In this document: positions 38,618 through 50,933 of the stretch, piece after piece | Layout of the letters: every line of letters starts with the position of its first letter | How positions within the stretch are numbered: the first letter of the stretch is position 1 | Virus record (IMG/VR): IMGVR_UViG_3300025012_000043 | Location: 48,590-112,589 of that record | Source: a virus | Length of the DNA stretch: 64,000 bases | Direction: 5' to 3' (one strand) | Made by a program: the position numbers and the translations under genes | The notes under the pieces: generated by a model | The model's input: the letters and a program-made list of their open reading frames with translations, nothing else | Databases searched by the model: none | Told to the model about the DNA's origin: nothing

Positions 38618-39883
38618 TTATTCTCGTACCGGTATGACTTCACCGAATGGCACCTTACTCGCACCTCCTACAACCACCCATAATACTGGATAGTCTGGTT
38701 TTTTAGAGGGGAATGAACCAAAAGTGTCTGTTAAATATACCAATACCTTTGGCTTTATCCTCTCTTTTGTTACACGCTTAAACACTGGCCGAAAATCTGT
38801 CCCACCACCTCCTTTAAATTTAATTTTGCCAGGCAATTGCCACACATTCAGTGAATTGGCCTCAATAAATTCATGTACATTGGCATCACATGTCATTATG
38901 TAGGTACGTTTAGATAAATGCGCCATACCAATTAGTTCAGCAAGAAACCTTCGTAGCATGTTGTCATCTATTGAACCACTGGTATCAATGGCTGCAACTA
39001 TATCACCAACCTGTGTACCATATGATGATGGCATGAAAAACCCAATAGCATGAGACTTCTTTGAAGGATAAAGTTTAGTACGTTGATATCCACGACACTT
39101 GGATTCCATTAAATTCTTTAGTCTCACCCACCAATCAACCTGTGGTTCCAATATCTCTTTGATCAATCTATCCAGTCCAGCGGGTAATTTACCCTGCCCA
39201 GCGGCCCTGGCAACTTGTGTAGCTTTTACAATGGCATGTTTAACCTTTGTATTTTCATGATCTTCTCTCTGTTTCTGAATATGTGTATCAAATCCTGAAG
39301 GATTGCCATGTATAGGACATTTATTATCTCCGTCACTACCATCACCATCACCATCATCAGATACACTCTGGCTATCCTTGCTATTCCCACTGCCACCACA
39401 ATTACATTTTATTTTTTTAGCTTTCTCCAGTAATACCTTATAAACTTCCTCAGCAACCACCTCATCTAATTTTATATCTTTCATAGATTGGATTTTGACA
39501 AGTGCGGCATCATTCCACAAAGATATCTCTGTATCTCGTTGATTGAATGATATACTGTTCTTCTCTAGTAGGTGATTATCAACGATGTCCGCTGCGATAT
39601 TAAATAATTGCTTGTCTTTATTCATCCCCCTTTGCATGTGATCCATAATGACATGAACTATTTCATGGCATAATGCAAATTTGATATTTTCAATGGATCC
39701 CAGCAACTTTATTCTATTTGCATTCCAATATAAATTATATCCATCTGTTCCCATGATGGATACTGATTCTGTTTCTATGATTGGAAGAGACAATAATATC
39801 GTGGCCCAAAATGGATGATCTCTTAACAGTTGGATCTTTGCTGCACTCATCATCTCTTTGGCATCAGTGACAACGGTTACCAT
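38618..39883 (-). CDS. HExxH metallopeptidase-like + VWA protein (DUF2201 type)
   Basis: GTDG, HEIVH, NIAAD, acidic linker, IDTSGSI, GGGGTDF, YLTD; start ATG 39883 with AGGAGG SD. Confidence 0.9.
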   Translation of the reverse strand: MVTVVTDAKEMMSAAKIQLLRDHPFWATILLSLPIIETESVSIMGTDGYNLYWNANRIKLLGSIENIKFALCHEIVHVIMDHMQRGMNKDKQLFNIAADIVDNHLLEKNSISFNQRDTEISLWNDAALVKIQSMKDIKLDEVVAEEVYKVLLEKAKKIKCNCGGSGNSKDSQSVSDDGDGDGSDGDNKCPIHGNPSGFDTHIQKQREDHENTKVKHAIVKATQVARAAGQGKLPAGLDRLIKEILEPQVDWWVRLKNLMESKCRGYQRTKLYPSKKSHAIGFFMPSSYGTQVGDIVAAIDTSGSIDDNMLRRFLAELIGMAHLSKRTYIMTCDANVHEFIEANSLNVWQLPGKIKFKGGGGTDFRPVFKRVTKERIKPKVLVYLTDTFGSFPSKKPDYPVLWVVVGGASKVPFGEVIPVRE

Positions 39884-39907
39884 TAACCCTCCTGGGGCAT
39901 AAAGTGG

Positions 39908-39935
39908 TTGGGTGGGGCATTTCTGCCCCACCCAA
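39908..39935 (-). promoter_or_regulatory. 12-bp stem with GAAA tetraloop between the AAA and VWA genes
   Basis: TTGGGTGGGGCA-GAAA-TGCCCCACCCAA; an extra ATGCCCCA abuts the downstream SD. Confidence 0.55.
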
Positions 39936-39939
39936 TTTA

Positions 39940-40989
39940 CTATTTTTGCTGCAACAGATTCATTATTTTCTTGATGATTGGCTTAAACTTGTCTTCTTGA
40001 ATCTCTACCACTTTATCCAGGAATGAGGTTTTTACATCCACGATAAACTTCATTTGAAATTCTGGTGGTATTACTTCCAGAAACATGACAAGATGTTTTG
40101 CAATCTTGTGTGACATCGTTTGTTTATTGGCATAATGAAGAACCGCATACACAGTGGCAAACTGATTTGATAGTTCCATACTTTTAAATCCATCGGGGAT
40201 TCTACCTTCCTCAACAATCGCCCGCACATCGACTTTAGCAAACGTCTCAAAATATGCTACGAAACTGACCGCAGCACCTTCACCAACACATGCATATGCC
40301 AGGTCATTAACAGTTGTTAAGGATCTCTTATCAACGTTCATCCATTTATCACCGAGAGCCCCAGTAAGAACATCAGACAACATTACCCAAGTGCGTGGAG
40401 TTGGGCTTGCATATTGATCCGGCATCAGCTTTAAGAGAAGGTCTGGCTGATAATCAAGAAACGATATAATCTGGGTGGCAACCCCAGTATCTTTTGCATA
40501 TGCTTTCCAATCTTGTAGAGATGATTCTACAATAAAATTTACTAACCGTGTCTTGAATGGTACGGAAGGCTCGTTGATATATGCGAAATCCTCGCGCCTA
40601 TTACCAGCTAGAATAATGCGGGTTTGTGGTGGGGCTTCCCAGTTGTCTAAACTACGATCTAAAACTATACGCAGAGCCGCATTCTGTACTGATGGCTCTG
40701 CGCATGAAAATTCGTCAAACATCAATATAGTAGGTTCATTGATGATAGGCAGGAAGTCCGCACGTGCCCATTTACTCACCCCATCTTTCATATAGGGGAT
40801 ACCACGTATCTCACTAGGTTCAAATTGGGCCAGCCGAATGTCAATAAATCGCATCTTGTTTTCTTTTGAAATTTGTTTAATAATACTACTCTTTCCTAAA
40901 CCTGGGGCTCCCCATAAACCTATTGAAACTTGTGGTGAATTCATTATTACTGTGCGGATCAATTCCTTAACCTTACCAATTGTCGGCAT
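39940..40989 (-). CDS. MoxR/dynein-related AAA+ ATPase
   Basis: GAPGLGKS, DIRL, RGIP, FDEF, AGNR, TPRTW. Confidence 0.9.
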   Translation of the reverse strand: MPTIGKVKELIRTVIMNSPQVSIGLWGAPGLGKSSIIKQISKENKMRFIDIRLAQFEPSEIRGIPYMKDGVSKWARADFLPIINEPTILMFDEFSCAEPSVQNAALRIVLDRSLDNWEAPPQTRIILAGNRREDFAYINEPSVPFKTRLVNFIVESSLQDWKAYAKDTGVATQIISFLDYQPDLLLKLMPDQYASPTPRTWVMLSDVLTGALGDKWMNVDKRSLTTVNDLAYACVGEGAAVSFVAYFETFAKVDVRAIVEEGRIPDGFKSMELSNQFATVYAVLHYANKQTMSHKIAKHLVMFLEVIPPEFQMKFIVDVKTSFLDKVVEIQEDKFKPIIKKIMNLLQQK

Positions 40990-41031
40990 GAACTCTCCTT
41001 AGGATAGTGTGGCACAATGGTAATACAATAA

Positions 41032-44000
41032 TTAGAAGTACTGCCCCACCGATGAATCATAAAACATGACAGACACATCATACCCAAGTGATATAAATTG
41101 AAGCAATATCGGGTAATTTAATGCATTAACACCACTAGGATAAAATATTATAAGGGTCTTACTCGGTACTAATCCTTCTCCATGAAATTTTAATACAGCA
41201 CTCACACCAATAGTTGGCCCATCCCGGATATTTTCAATCTCATCTGATTGAATCATTGGTTCACCAGGGGTCTTATGACGACGCAATGGTGTTACTCTAA
41301 CAATATTTTCATACTGTTTCACATCATTACCACATGATTCACACTTTGGCCCAACACATTCAGTTTTACAATACACACAAAAATACTTCAACTACTCCAC
41401 CCCCTTTCAAAATATCAATCTACACAAAAAATATCACCAAACCCAGCTGCCAAAAAGTTAAGTAGTATACCTCTTTTAATCTTTAACTTCTTGACATCTA
41501 ATGCCATACCAAATTCCCTATATTTCTTTATTAACCCTATAAATGTCTCCTTGCTGTGAGTATTAAATGATCTATTTTTATTATATTGTATAAGGTTTAA
41601 AAATTTAAATATACTATCCTTATTATGATATGCATGATAATCAAACATAGCCTGCCCTAATGATCGTTCTGATACATTCCATACATGAGGTTCACGTGCA
41701 GTAATAGTTAATTGCCCATTATGACACAAATAGGAAAGTATTAGCCACACATGCGGGTTGTAATACCCAGTCTTTGATGGCTGTAATCTCTCACATAAAT
41801 CCTTATGCGTACACTCCCAATGAAGTCCTCTAAATACTGAATCTAAATCAAAAACTGTTGAATTTATTCTTTGCAATACAGTTATCAGGTCAGTAATATT
41901 TTTAATATGTGTCATACATATTCGCAAATATACAGAATAATTGCCTGAATCTGGTATTGGATTATATGGAGTATCTGTTTCAAACAGATTTGCTGCAACA
42001 AGCAAATCACCCAAACAAACAATAAATGGACGTGGTAAAAATGATGGGAAATTATTCGTATCATTTATTTTGTCGATCGTTGGTAGATGTTTAACCCAAA
42101 TTGCCTCAAGAATGTATGGGCCTGGTAGAGTAATAGTGTGTTTGCGTATGTCCATTGTATATCTCTGCCATATAGCAGACAAAAATTTTAGTCTAGTTAT
42201 TATCTTTTCTACTAATATATACTCTTTTGTGCAAAAATATAAATATGACACACTATTAAATGCCAACGATATAAGCATTGGATCAACATTTAATAAAAAG
42301 TCTTTAAAAAACGTCTCATTTGGATTATCATATTTATCCATTGATTCTCTATATATGGTACGTGATTTATACATTCTATAAAATTCAGAATATACCCATA
42401 TCATTGACGCTCGATATACCACTGTATCTTGTCGTCCATTTGACGACAATACATACTTATAATGCTCAAACAATTTTAATAGTTGTGAATGTGGCTCTAT
42501 TTTATCATTAGTACCAATCGCACGTAATAAATCGATGTTGTCGTTCTTTAAATCATGCCCACTTATTAGTGCGATATCCACATTAGTCATGTATCTGCCT
42601 CCGTAATATTTTGCATGCGATCATTGATGAGTCCCTGATCAAAAATGGCCCAGCTAATTCTTTATATTCAGCGATTTCTCGGTTTTCTACACAACGCTTA
42701 ATTTTAGAAAACCGTTTCTTGGTTAGCCTGATATTGGCATCAACTGCTATACCAATACCAAGTTGCCCCAATTCCTCAAATGTTCGCTTCTCCTCCACAA
42801 GTATATCATCAAAAACACCATCTAATTGTTTTTCATCTAATTCGCCCTTATACCAACTAGACAATTTTGTTGAATAATTACTAGTCAATATATATGCGCC
42901 ACCAATAGATTGACTGAAATAATATACTGCCAATCTCTCATACCTACTAGAACTGGTGTATATTTCATTAAACACATCAACATATCGAACATCTTCAGGA
43001 TTATGCAAAATATGCCGCAAATACATCTTCTTAATAGAGGGATGCGACACTAAATTAAGCGGTACTTTTATTGGTAACTCTTGCCCATTATAAATATATC
43101 TAAATATTTCACTAATCCCATATGTTCTATTATTTGCCACTTCATTAGTAATCAACGATAATGCCTCAAAAATCCTTTTAAACATTGGGATTGTGTGTTT
43201 AAATTGATCAAGCCTTTTATGTCCACATACTGCGGTAGTATATTGTTGCACACTAATTAAATTAGTCCATTCGAGATGTTGTAACCTATACATCAATCCT
43301 ATATGCGTAAGAACACGTTCACCATATAAAAAATAAAGAACAAGCAAAACACAAGCCACATAATCGTGTTTGATATGTCTTATGCTTTCAATTAGTGGAT
43401 CTGGTACATAAGTTGGTGATTTATATATATCATGTCGATATTGATACAATAAATAGGATATAGATGAAAAAGCATCATCGACTGTATATTTGTATATTGG
43501 TTGTGTATTTAATGGCCCAATATAAATTTGACTGACATCTCTAATGGGCTCAATATCTACCCATAAATCCTCTAAATCATTTAATAACATTGATATATCC
43601 TCATGTATATCATACCTATATATACTAAAAGCTACTTGTAATAGGAAATTATCAATTTCCTTCCGCATTACTAGGCCCTTCACACTTAAACTGTTTAAGT
43701 ACTTTCTGTGTATTATCCCATTGTTCTTTTGTAAACCCAAGGTTTAGAAAAGTATTGAGATCTGGAACCTCTGCCTTTATATTCAAAAACCTACCATCAC
43801 AAATGTGTTTATTGTTAATGTATTTATCTCCACATATATATTTACCATTAAGATCAATATAATGTACATGTGTATATGGCACCATAAAAGCACGATCTAC
43901 TTCTTTTTTATAATACGATATAAGTACTATAATTGCTGCAACTGCATTAATTCCAAGGATTATCCATGGAGCAGATGCTGGGATATTACCCTTAATACCA

Positions 44001-45987
44001 CTTAATGGATCACTCTTCTTATTTGTCGCCATTGATCTTCTCCACCATTTGTTGTAGCCCAGTTACTGCTTGGGCCTTTTGTGCGCGTTTAATGACAAAA
44101 ATACTGATCATATTGGTCGTGAGTGGCCCAATAGACATGCCCATTTCATATAATACTGGCATATCCTTTAAGGCCCATGACAAATTAGACATCTTCATTG
44201 AATAAGACGAACCCAATACATCATCCATATTTGCGCCAATTCTCTTTGCGATCTCTGCAACATACCTAATCGGAGCATATGTATAATTAGCAACATTCAT
44301 TCGCCATATACCAGCCAATACTTTTAATATAATGTTTCTATTAATAACACTCATACCATCATTCCCCAGTGCCAAAGCACCACAATACCAAGTTTGTACC
44401 GAAATGTCTCTGTGTTTATGTAAGTTTAAATAATCTGATACAGATGGATTGATTCCCAATACGGTTTTGCCATAATTATATGAAGTAATCTGTTCGTGCA
44501 TCTCTGGGATACCTATTAATGATATTCCTGACATATTGATATTACTATCCACAAGTTTGCCCATCAATGATGTGAGAGTTTTCTTATCAGCATATCCTGG
44601 TATTTTCTTGCCCATACCCAGAATAAATCGATTGACAACTGACATATTACCACTATAATAATTCAATAATTCTTGTGGTTGTTGTAATAAACACAATTTA
44701 AATGGTGTTGAATTTAAAATTTGCTCTGGTATATCAATGATTATATTTATATATGAAGACAATATGCACATATTAACAAGTGATTTTACGCATTCAGCAT
44801 ACAGCTTTAAATAAGATGGCGTATCATATTTAGGGGATAATAACTCGAGCATATTAGTAATATCTATTTTGGGCATGGTTTTTATTACGCTTAAACAATA
44901 TTCAGCAGTGTATATTAAATGATCAACACAATTTTTATGATCAATTTGATACAATATACGGGATAACTCAAAATCATTAGAATCTCTAGCATTTCTATGA
45001 GAAAACTCACCCTTTCCCTTATAACCACTCGAATCGCTATATTGTATATTTACCGATAAAACATTTGCATATTGTTTATATCGGTCAATCACTGTTTGTG
45101 GGATGTCCCATCCATATTTCATTAATAACAAACATAATATATTGTCCAATTGTTTGTGATCACATTTAGATATTATGGGTACCCATTTATTAATCAATGG
45201 TGTTTTATCACACACATACTCAGATCGCATCAACGAAAGAGCCTCACCAATATATGGATAAAGTGGTGCCCATTTATCACCATGATATAAACTGATTAGC
45301 CGATCAATCTGATCTATTGCTAATAGCGGTACATTAATATCTTCACTGCCATCAGCCATATATCCTGGCAGAAAGATTGCTGCATCAATGTTTACCCTCA
45401 TTCACATCCTCCGTTGTAGGTGTAGTAGTAATCACCCTAGGATCAAAACGATATACTATTTCTGATTTGAGCAATTTATCCACAAGAATCTGCATTGCTG
45501 CAAACTCAGCATCATTCCCAGCCTGTGCCTTTATTTTCATATATAAATCAACGTTAATTTTCACATCAAATGAAGAATTATTTCGTTCCATATATCACTC
45601 CTCTGTTTGACCGTTCTTTGGTCGTATCTCCCATCGCAGATATGGAGACTTTTTGTTGTTCAATTCCGCAGTACGCCGCAATTTCAAATATTCCCCTGAT
45701 AGAAAATCATCATTTTCAATGAGGGGATAAAAAGTTTTATCAAATTCCTGCCATACTTTAGCCCAAGCAGTGTCTGTACGTGAATTACCAGCAATACTCA
45801 ATTCAAGTTTTTCTTTTGTGAATACAATTTTTTCCGATAACAACCCATGATTTTCACACAATTCTTTAATTAAAACTTCCCTACATTTTTTATTCATTAT
45901 TTCGGCCTTATCTAGAGCCTTCTTGGATAACATGTATTTACTAACTATTCCTTGTACTCTTTTAGACAATGACTCAAATATAACCAT
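41032..45987 (-). other. Block of orphan ORFs including three large AT-rich helical proteins (41415-42590, 42583-43740, 44019-45401)
   Basis: Long open frames in operon arrangement, no recognisable motifs. Confidence 0.6.
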
Positions 45988-46155
45988 TCTTTCTCCTTCG
46001 TATAGTTTTATTAATTTTGTTCACTATATTTACCAAACAAGAAAACACATATTCAATCATCTTCAGTATTGTTATACAAATAACAACCGACACCATAAGA
46101 AACAGATACGCAATACCCAATATAAAATATTCCATTATTACCTCTATTTATTAAT

Positions 46156-46806
46156 TTACAGGATTAAAGAAGGATTACTACAACCTAATATATCAGCACC
46201 ATAAGTAACTAGCACCAATGCATCACTATGAGATTTGATGCCCCCAGCTGCTTTAATTATTATTTTTTTACCAGAGCTTCTTATGGTGTCTCGAATTGAT
46301 AAAACATGATCATTCCTTGTGCCTCCCTTTATACCTGAAGCGGTTTTAATATTACCTCCAGTTTCTAGTATTAAATTAGTGACTGTAACAATTTGTTTCT
46401 CTGTTAATGTCGGAGTTTCTATTATCCATCGGATCTCTGCATTAGTAGATAAAAATACCTCAATTAGTTCTGTGCGTACACAATCCCACATCTCACTCTG
46501 CATATACACTGGATTGATCACAATATCCAATATAGATGCAAATCCACAAAGATCTGATATCTCTGTAAGCTTGGAAGCAATTGATGTGTCACCATTTGGG
46601 TATCCTACTACACCAATAATATCAAATTTATTCCTATAACTTGAATCCTCGATAAATTCACGCAATTCTATGATATTTACAAATGACGAAGGGAAACAAA
46701 TCCCCTTAATACCCAAAGAAGAAACTTCATTTATATATTTATAAATAGACCCCAAACTTATATTTTTATTTAGTATGGCTGCTTCTATTATTTTTGGGCT
46801 AATCAT
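46156..46806 (-). CDS. deoC: Deoxyribose-phosphate aldolase
   Basis: VVGYP.G, K..E, LDIVIN, IIET..L, IKTASG (Schiff-base Lys), IKAAGGI, GA..LG.S. Confidence 0.88.
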   Translation of the reverse strand: MISPKIIEAAILNKNISLGSIYKYINEVSSLGIKGICFPSSFVNIIELREFIEDSSYRNKFDIIGVVGYPNGDTSIASKLTEISDLCGFASILDIVINPVYMQSEMWDCVRTELIEVFLSTNAEIRWIIETPTLTEKQIVTVTNLILETGGNIKTASGIKGGTRNDHVLSIRDTIRSSGKKIIIKAAGGIKSHSDALVLVTYGADILGCSNPSLIL

Positions 46807-47807
46807 AGGCCCTGCAAAAATGTAGCTGCAGTTTTATCATTTTTCTTTATGGCGGCTTTAACTAACACTGGATATAAATCGCCTATCTGATCTTTAGTAA
46901 GTGGTACGGTCTTTAGCTGTTGCAACATTCGCATTAAGCAATTAAACATATGGTTTCTTTGGTATCCTTCCTGGCGAAGAGTTTCACGAAACCTATCCCA
47001 TGATTTACATATTGCCTTCGCAAATAACTCATCACTTGGCGTGCTGCCCCACATTCTTCTAAAGTGCCACAAACAAAACCATTTATATATTTCATCTGGC
47101 ACTTTCTTATCTCTAAGTATGGTTACTGTGATTGGGCGTAATAAATAAAAATCATTAAATCCATAACAAAACCGTGGCAATTTTTTATTATCACCACCAA
47201 ATTTTTTAATTAATCTATCAATTATGGCATCCCATCTATCAATCACCATTAACTTATATTTACTGCAATCTATATCCATGAAACTAGCATCCCAATTCAA
47301 TATAACTCCAACATTAGAAGCATGCCTATTCATAAACTCCATCGTTAAAAATTTGTCTGCTATTAACCCTAGTGGTTGATATAGTAGATTAGTGGCTGCG
47401 CCACCACGTATCCAATCACTAAATTCAAACTTCGTATTTTTTGCTGTTTGTATAAAAACACGTGGTATATCATCTGGCGCTACTTTACCATGATTCCACA
47501 AACTATCATCATTACCCATGGTATCTTTAATCAGTTCAATCAATATATTTAATGATTGGTCATCAATCATTGAGTTAATGGGTATATCAGAATAAAATTT
47601 CCTATATAATTCATTTAATATATGATGAAAATCGTAATATGATGTACACATATTATGCCATGAACATGTGTATATATCCATATCTTGTGATATTTTATAT
47701 AAATCAATTAAAGATATGTTGGTCATTAATCGATTAAATGATGTTTTCCCAATACCAACCATACCATATTTTTCCTTAAACTTTGCGATAAACTCATCTA
47801 CCAACAT
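46803..47807 (-). CDS. Orphan helical protein (334 aa)
   Basis: Long ORF with SD; no motif recognised. Confidence 0.6.
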   Translation of the reverse strand: MLVDEFIAKFKEKYGMVGIGKTSFNRLMTNISLIDLYKISQDMDIYTCSWHNMCTSYYDFHHILNELYRKFYSDIPINSMIDDQSLNILIELIKDTMGNDDSLWNHGKVAPDDIPRVFIQTAKNTKFEFSDWIRGGAATNLLYQPLGLIADKFLTMEFMNRHASNVGVILNWDASFMDIDCSKYKLMVIDRWDAIIDRLIKKFGGDNKKLPRFCYGFNDFYLLRPITVTILRDKKVPDEIYKWFCLWHFRRMWGSTPSDELFAKAICKSWDRFRETLRQEGYQRNHMFNCLMRMLQQLKTVPLTKDQIGDLYPVLVKAAIKKNDKTAATFLQGL

Positions 47808-47810
47808 TGT

Positions 47811-49161
47811 TTATCGTTTCCTCCTAGTGGTTATTTTAATAACAAACATACTATATAAAAACTGGAAGAAGAGATAAACAATTACGGGCCAAAATAACAA
47901 TATAAAGCAAATATAAAAGTTGGTAAAGTATATATAATCTCTAGAAGCTCTATCATTATCCAATAAATACACAAATAAACTAGTCATACAACCACACAAT
48001 ATCCACATACCCAACCCACATATACCTATAAACAAATTCATTGTGTATCTTTAGTTACTTGTTCCTCCATATTTTTACGTAAAACCATTACATCATCTGG
48101 CGTAAGTTGCAATAGATCATGCAGAATTATTTCTTCCGATCTCTTCATACGTTCAATCAATTGTTGATTTTTGGTGATCATATTATCAATCATACCTTTA
48201 TAATGTATACTTGTCATCCACCATACCAAAGCTGCAATAGCTAAAACAATTACAACCAATATCCAAAGAGATATTACCATGAATATTCACTCAAAGATTC
48301 AATTGCTACCTCTAGTGCATCTATTGCACGATCTCCCGAATCTAATATTTCTTCAATGTCTATATATATTTCTCTTAGGCGATCCCTTCTTTTCGAAATC
48401 TCAGCCTTTAGTTTTTTAATTTCTTTAATTACTTTTGGTGATATCATTTTATCCATATTGCCTCCCTAGTTTATCATCATACTAATAGATGTAGTGTTTG
48501 CAACATACATCATCTTTTCATTATTAATAACATTCATAATATCTATTTCTGTATAAATGTCTGCTATACCAATACTTTTATTTTGTGCATTTTCTGCGGC
48601 CATACCATTCATAATAAGTAAAAGTCTACTTAGTCCCTCATAAACAAAAACATCGACATTAGCCATTAAAATTTATCAAACCACTTGATACCACCCCAAT
48701 GTCTTGGGATAAATTTATAAAGAAACAAAATAAACCCACCAATAAGTACACCAAATGCAATCCAGTCTATCATCTTTTATCTCCCATATTTATTATCTAA
48801 AAGATCTAGATCAACAAAAACTTGAGCATTTTCATTAATACACCGCAATAATAATTCAAACCCCTTACATTGGTTTTCATGTTGTGCTTTCTGTTTTGGG
48901 TACCATTTTTTAAAACGATGGCTATAATTAGGCGAATGGATGGAACCGGAAAGAATAATAATACTATTTTGTAATTTGAGTAGCCTTCGTATTCTTGCCC
49001 CGAGCACGATTACCTCCTCTTTGTTTAATATACTCACCCAATTCTTCTGTGAATTTAGCAAGTTTATCCATATTCTCTGTTAAATCATTCTTCTTCATTG
49101 CGTCATCCTTAAGATTTAATAATACTTCACGAATATCATCTAATTTTTCAAACATAATCAC
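47811..49161 (-). other. Run of small ORFs, several with a transmembrane helix
   Basis: 47811-48041 and 48038-48280 are hydrophobic; the others are short coiled coils. Confidence 0.5.
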
Positions 49162-50102
49162 CTCCCTATGAATGAATGGTTAAGTGCACGATTCATTATA
49201 TGTTCTGATACTGGGCCACAAATACTATCAACTTTCTCACATTCTTTTACTATGTTAGTCCTACTGATGATCGGGTTATCAGTGCAAATACTAACTGGGA
49301 TTAAATGCTCAAGAAAAATTTTAATTGGGTGTACAATATCTTGTGCTACCGCACCAGTATGATAATTACTAGTAACACAACATTCAATTAATATCTGGTC
49401 TCTAGCCATCCTCTTCATTAATTCTTTATCTCTGATGGCTGAGCACCCATGCCCAATACGTTCTACACCAAGAATATCAATCGCTTCCCAGATATTCTCT
49501 GGTGGGCCATCCTCACCAGCATGACACGTTAAATGTAACTTACCAATACGTGCCAGATCAAACGCTTCTTTAAAAAGCCTGGGTGGGAATAGACGTTCCG
49601 CTCCCGCAAGATCAAACCCAACTACTCCGCATCCAGTATGCAGATGTTGTGCCTCAGACGAAGCAGCGCGTGCTAATATTTTAGCTATATGTGGTCCATG
49701 ATGCTTCATTGAGATGATGATTAATCCAAGTTTCATATCTTGGTGTGATTCTTTAAATTTATTCATACCATCTAAGATTGCGCGTGTGGTTTGTCGTACT
49801 GAAAGATCGGCAAATGTATGAATGATTGGTGACCACCTTAATTCCAAAGTACGTACACCAATATTATATGCATCACGTGCTATCACCCCTATGGCGTCTT
49901 TTATATTCCCATAAAATTGCGTCACCCACATTGGTGTATGGAAACGATTCAAATAATCGAGTAATGTTTCATTATCTGTGGCATATATCATTTCTTCAAA
50001 TTTCTCAAACTCTTCACATGGCTGTAACCCATGTTTCTTTAATCTTTCCCACATAAATGTGGTCGGTATTGAACCATCCACATGCTGATGAAGTTCTATC
50101 AT
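49158..50102 (-). CDS. add: Adenosine/adenine deaminase family protein
   Basis: ELHQHVDGS, ELRWSP, GFDLAGAE, HAGE, RIGHG, C.TSN, TDNP. Confidence 0.9.
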   Translation of the reverse strand: MIELHQHVDGSIPTTFMWERLKKHGLQPCEEFEKFEEMIYATDNETLLDYLNRFHTPMWVTQFYGNIKDAIGVIARDAYNIGVRTLELRWSPIIHTFADLSVRQTTRAILDGMNKFKESHQDMKLGLIIISMKHHGPHIAKILARAASSEAQHLHTGCGVVGFDLAGAERLFPPRLFKEAFDLARIGKLHLTCHAGEDGPPENIWEAIDILGVERIGHGCSAIRDKELMKRMARDQILIECCVTSNYHTGAVAQDIVHPIKIFLEHLIPVSICTDNPIISRTNIVKECEKVDSICGPVSEHIMNRALNHSFIGR

Positions 50103-50425
50103 ACCATATTCCGATTTATTTCACTGATGGCTTCCTGTATACTGCATACTTCTTGTATTACACAATTTTCATCGATGATATCTACCACCAAAGCAAATCC
50201 CTTTTCTGTCTTTCCCCATTTATCATAAGCCTCATTTCTAATGTATATTTTATTAACACTTCTTTGTGAGTGCTCTGCTACAATATAATACATTAACTGT
50301 TTATTTACCTTATTGACCCTGTAGTAATTACTAATTAAAACTGGCCCATCTTTAGGTTCGCCCTCTTGGCACACCACTAAATCTCGAAACTGTGTTCTTA
50401 TACTGCCACTTAACTTATGCCACAT
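50099..50425 (-). CDS. Hypothetical protein
   Basis: ORF coupled to add. Confidence 0.5.
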   Translation of the reverse strand: MWHKLSGSIRTQFRDLVVCQEGEPKDGPVLISNYYRVNKVNKQLMYYIVAEHSQRSVNKIYIRNEAYDKWGKTEKGFALVVDIIDENCVIQEVCSIQEAISEINRNMV

Positions 50426-50933
50426 CTTCTATGTCGTTTCTAAAATCGGGCCGATTTAGATATTGGAAAATGTTAAGTTTGTTCTTTTCATACCAACCAA
50501 GTCGTCTATTACAGACACCACACAATAATCCCCTAACTTTATCAGTTTTATGACAATGGTCAACATGAAACACACCCCAATCACCTGGTTTATTAGTACC
50601 ACAAATAGCACAAACATAATCCTGATCCTTTAATATGTCGTTATATTGTTCTAAAGTAATACCATAATTACGTTTTAAATGAGAATTTCTTTTAACTTTC
50701 TTGGCCCCTGGGGTCGCCCTATATTTATTGTTAGCTTCTCTGCCCTTGGGAGTATTACTGTACTTCCTTACAGAATTTCTTATGGCTTTTCTACCCACAG
50801 GAGTCGCTATATATTTTTTGCGCCACTTATTATAACAAACTTTACAGCTAGACTTTAACCCATCCTTCGCATCCTTTCGTTTATAAAATCCACTTTTAGG
50901 TCTCTCAATTTTACACTTACTACAAGTTTTCAT
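50415..50933 (-). CDS. Second EndoVII-type HNH endonuclease, paralogue of 37732-38307
   Basis: MKTCSKC...CKVC, ATP.G.K repeats, YGITLEQY..LKDQ.YVCAICGTN.P...VDHCH...RGLLC..CN. Confidence 0.85.
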   Translation of the reverse strand: MKTCSKCKIERPKSGFYKRKDAKDGLKSSCKVCYNKWRKKYIATPVGRKAIRNSVRKYSNTPKGREANNKYRATPGAKKVKRNSHLKRNYGITLEQYNDILKDQDYVCAICGTNKPGDWGVFHVDHCHKTDKVRGLLCGVCNRRLGWYEKNKLNIFQYLNRPDFRNDIEDVA

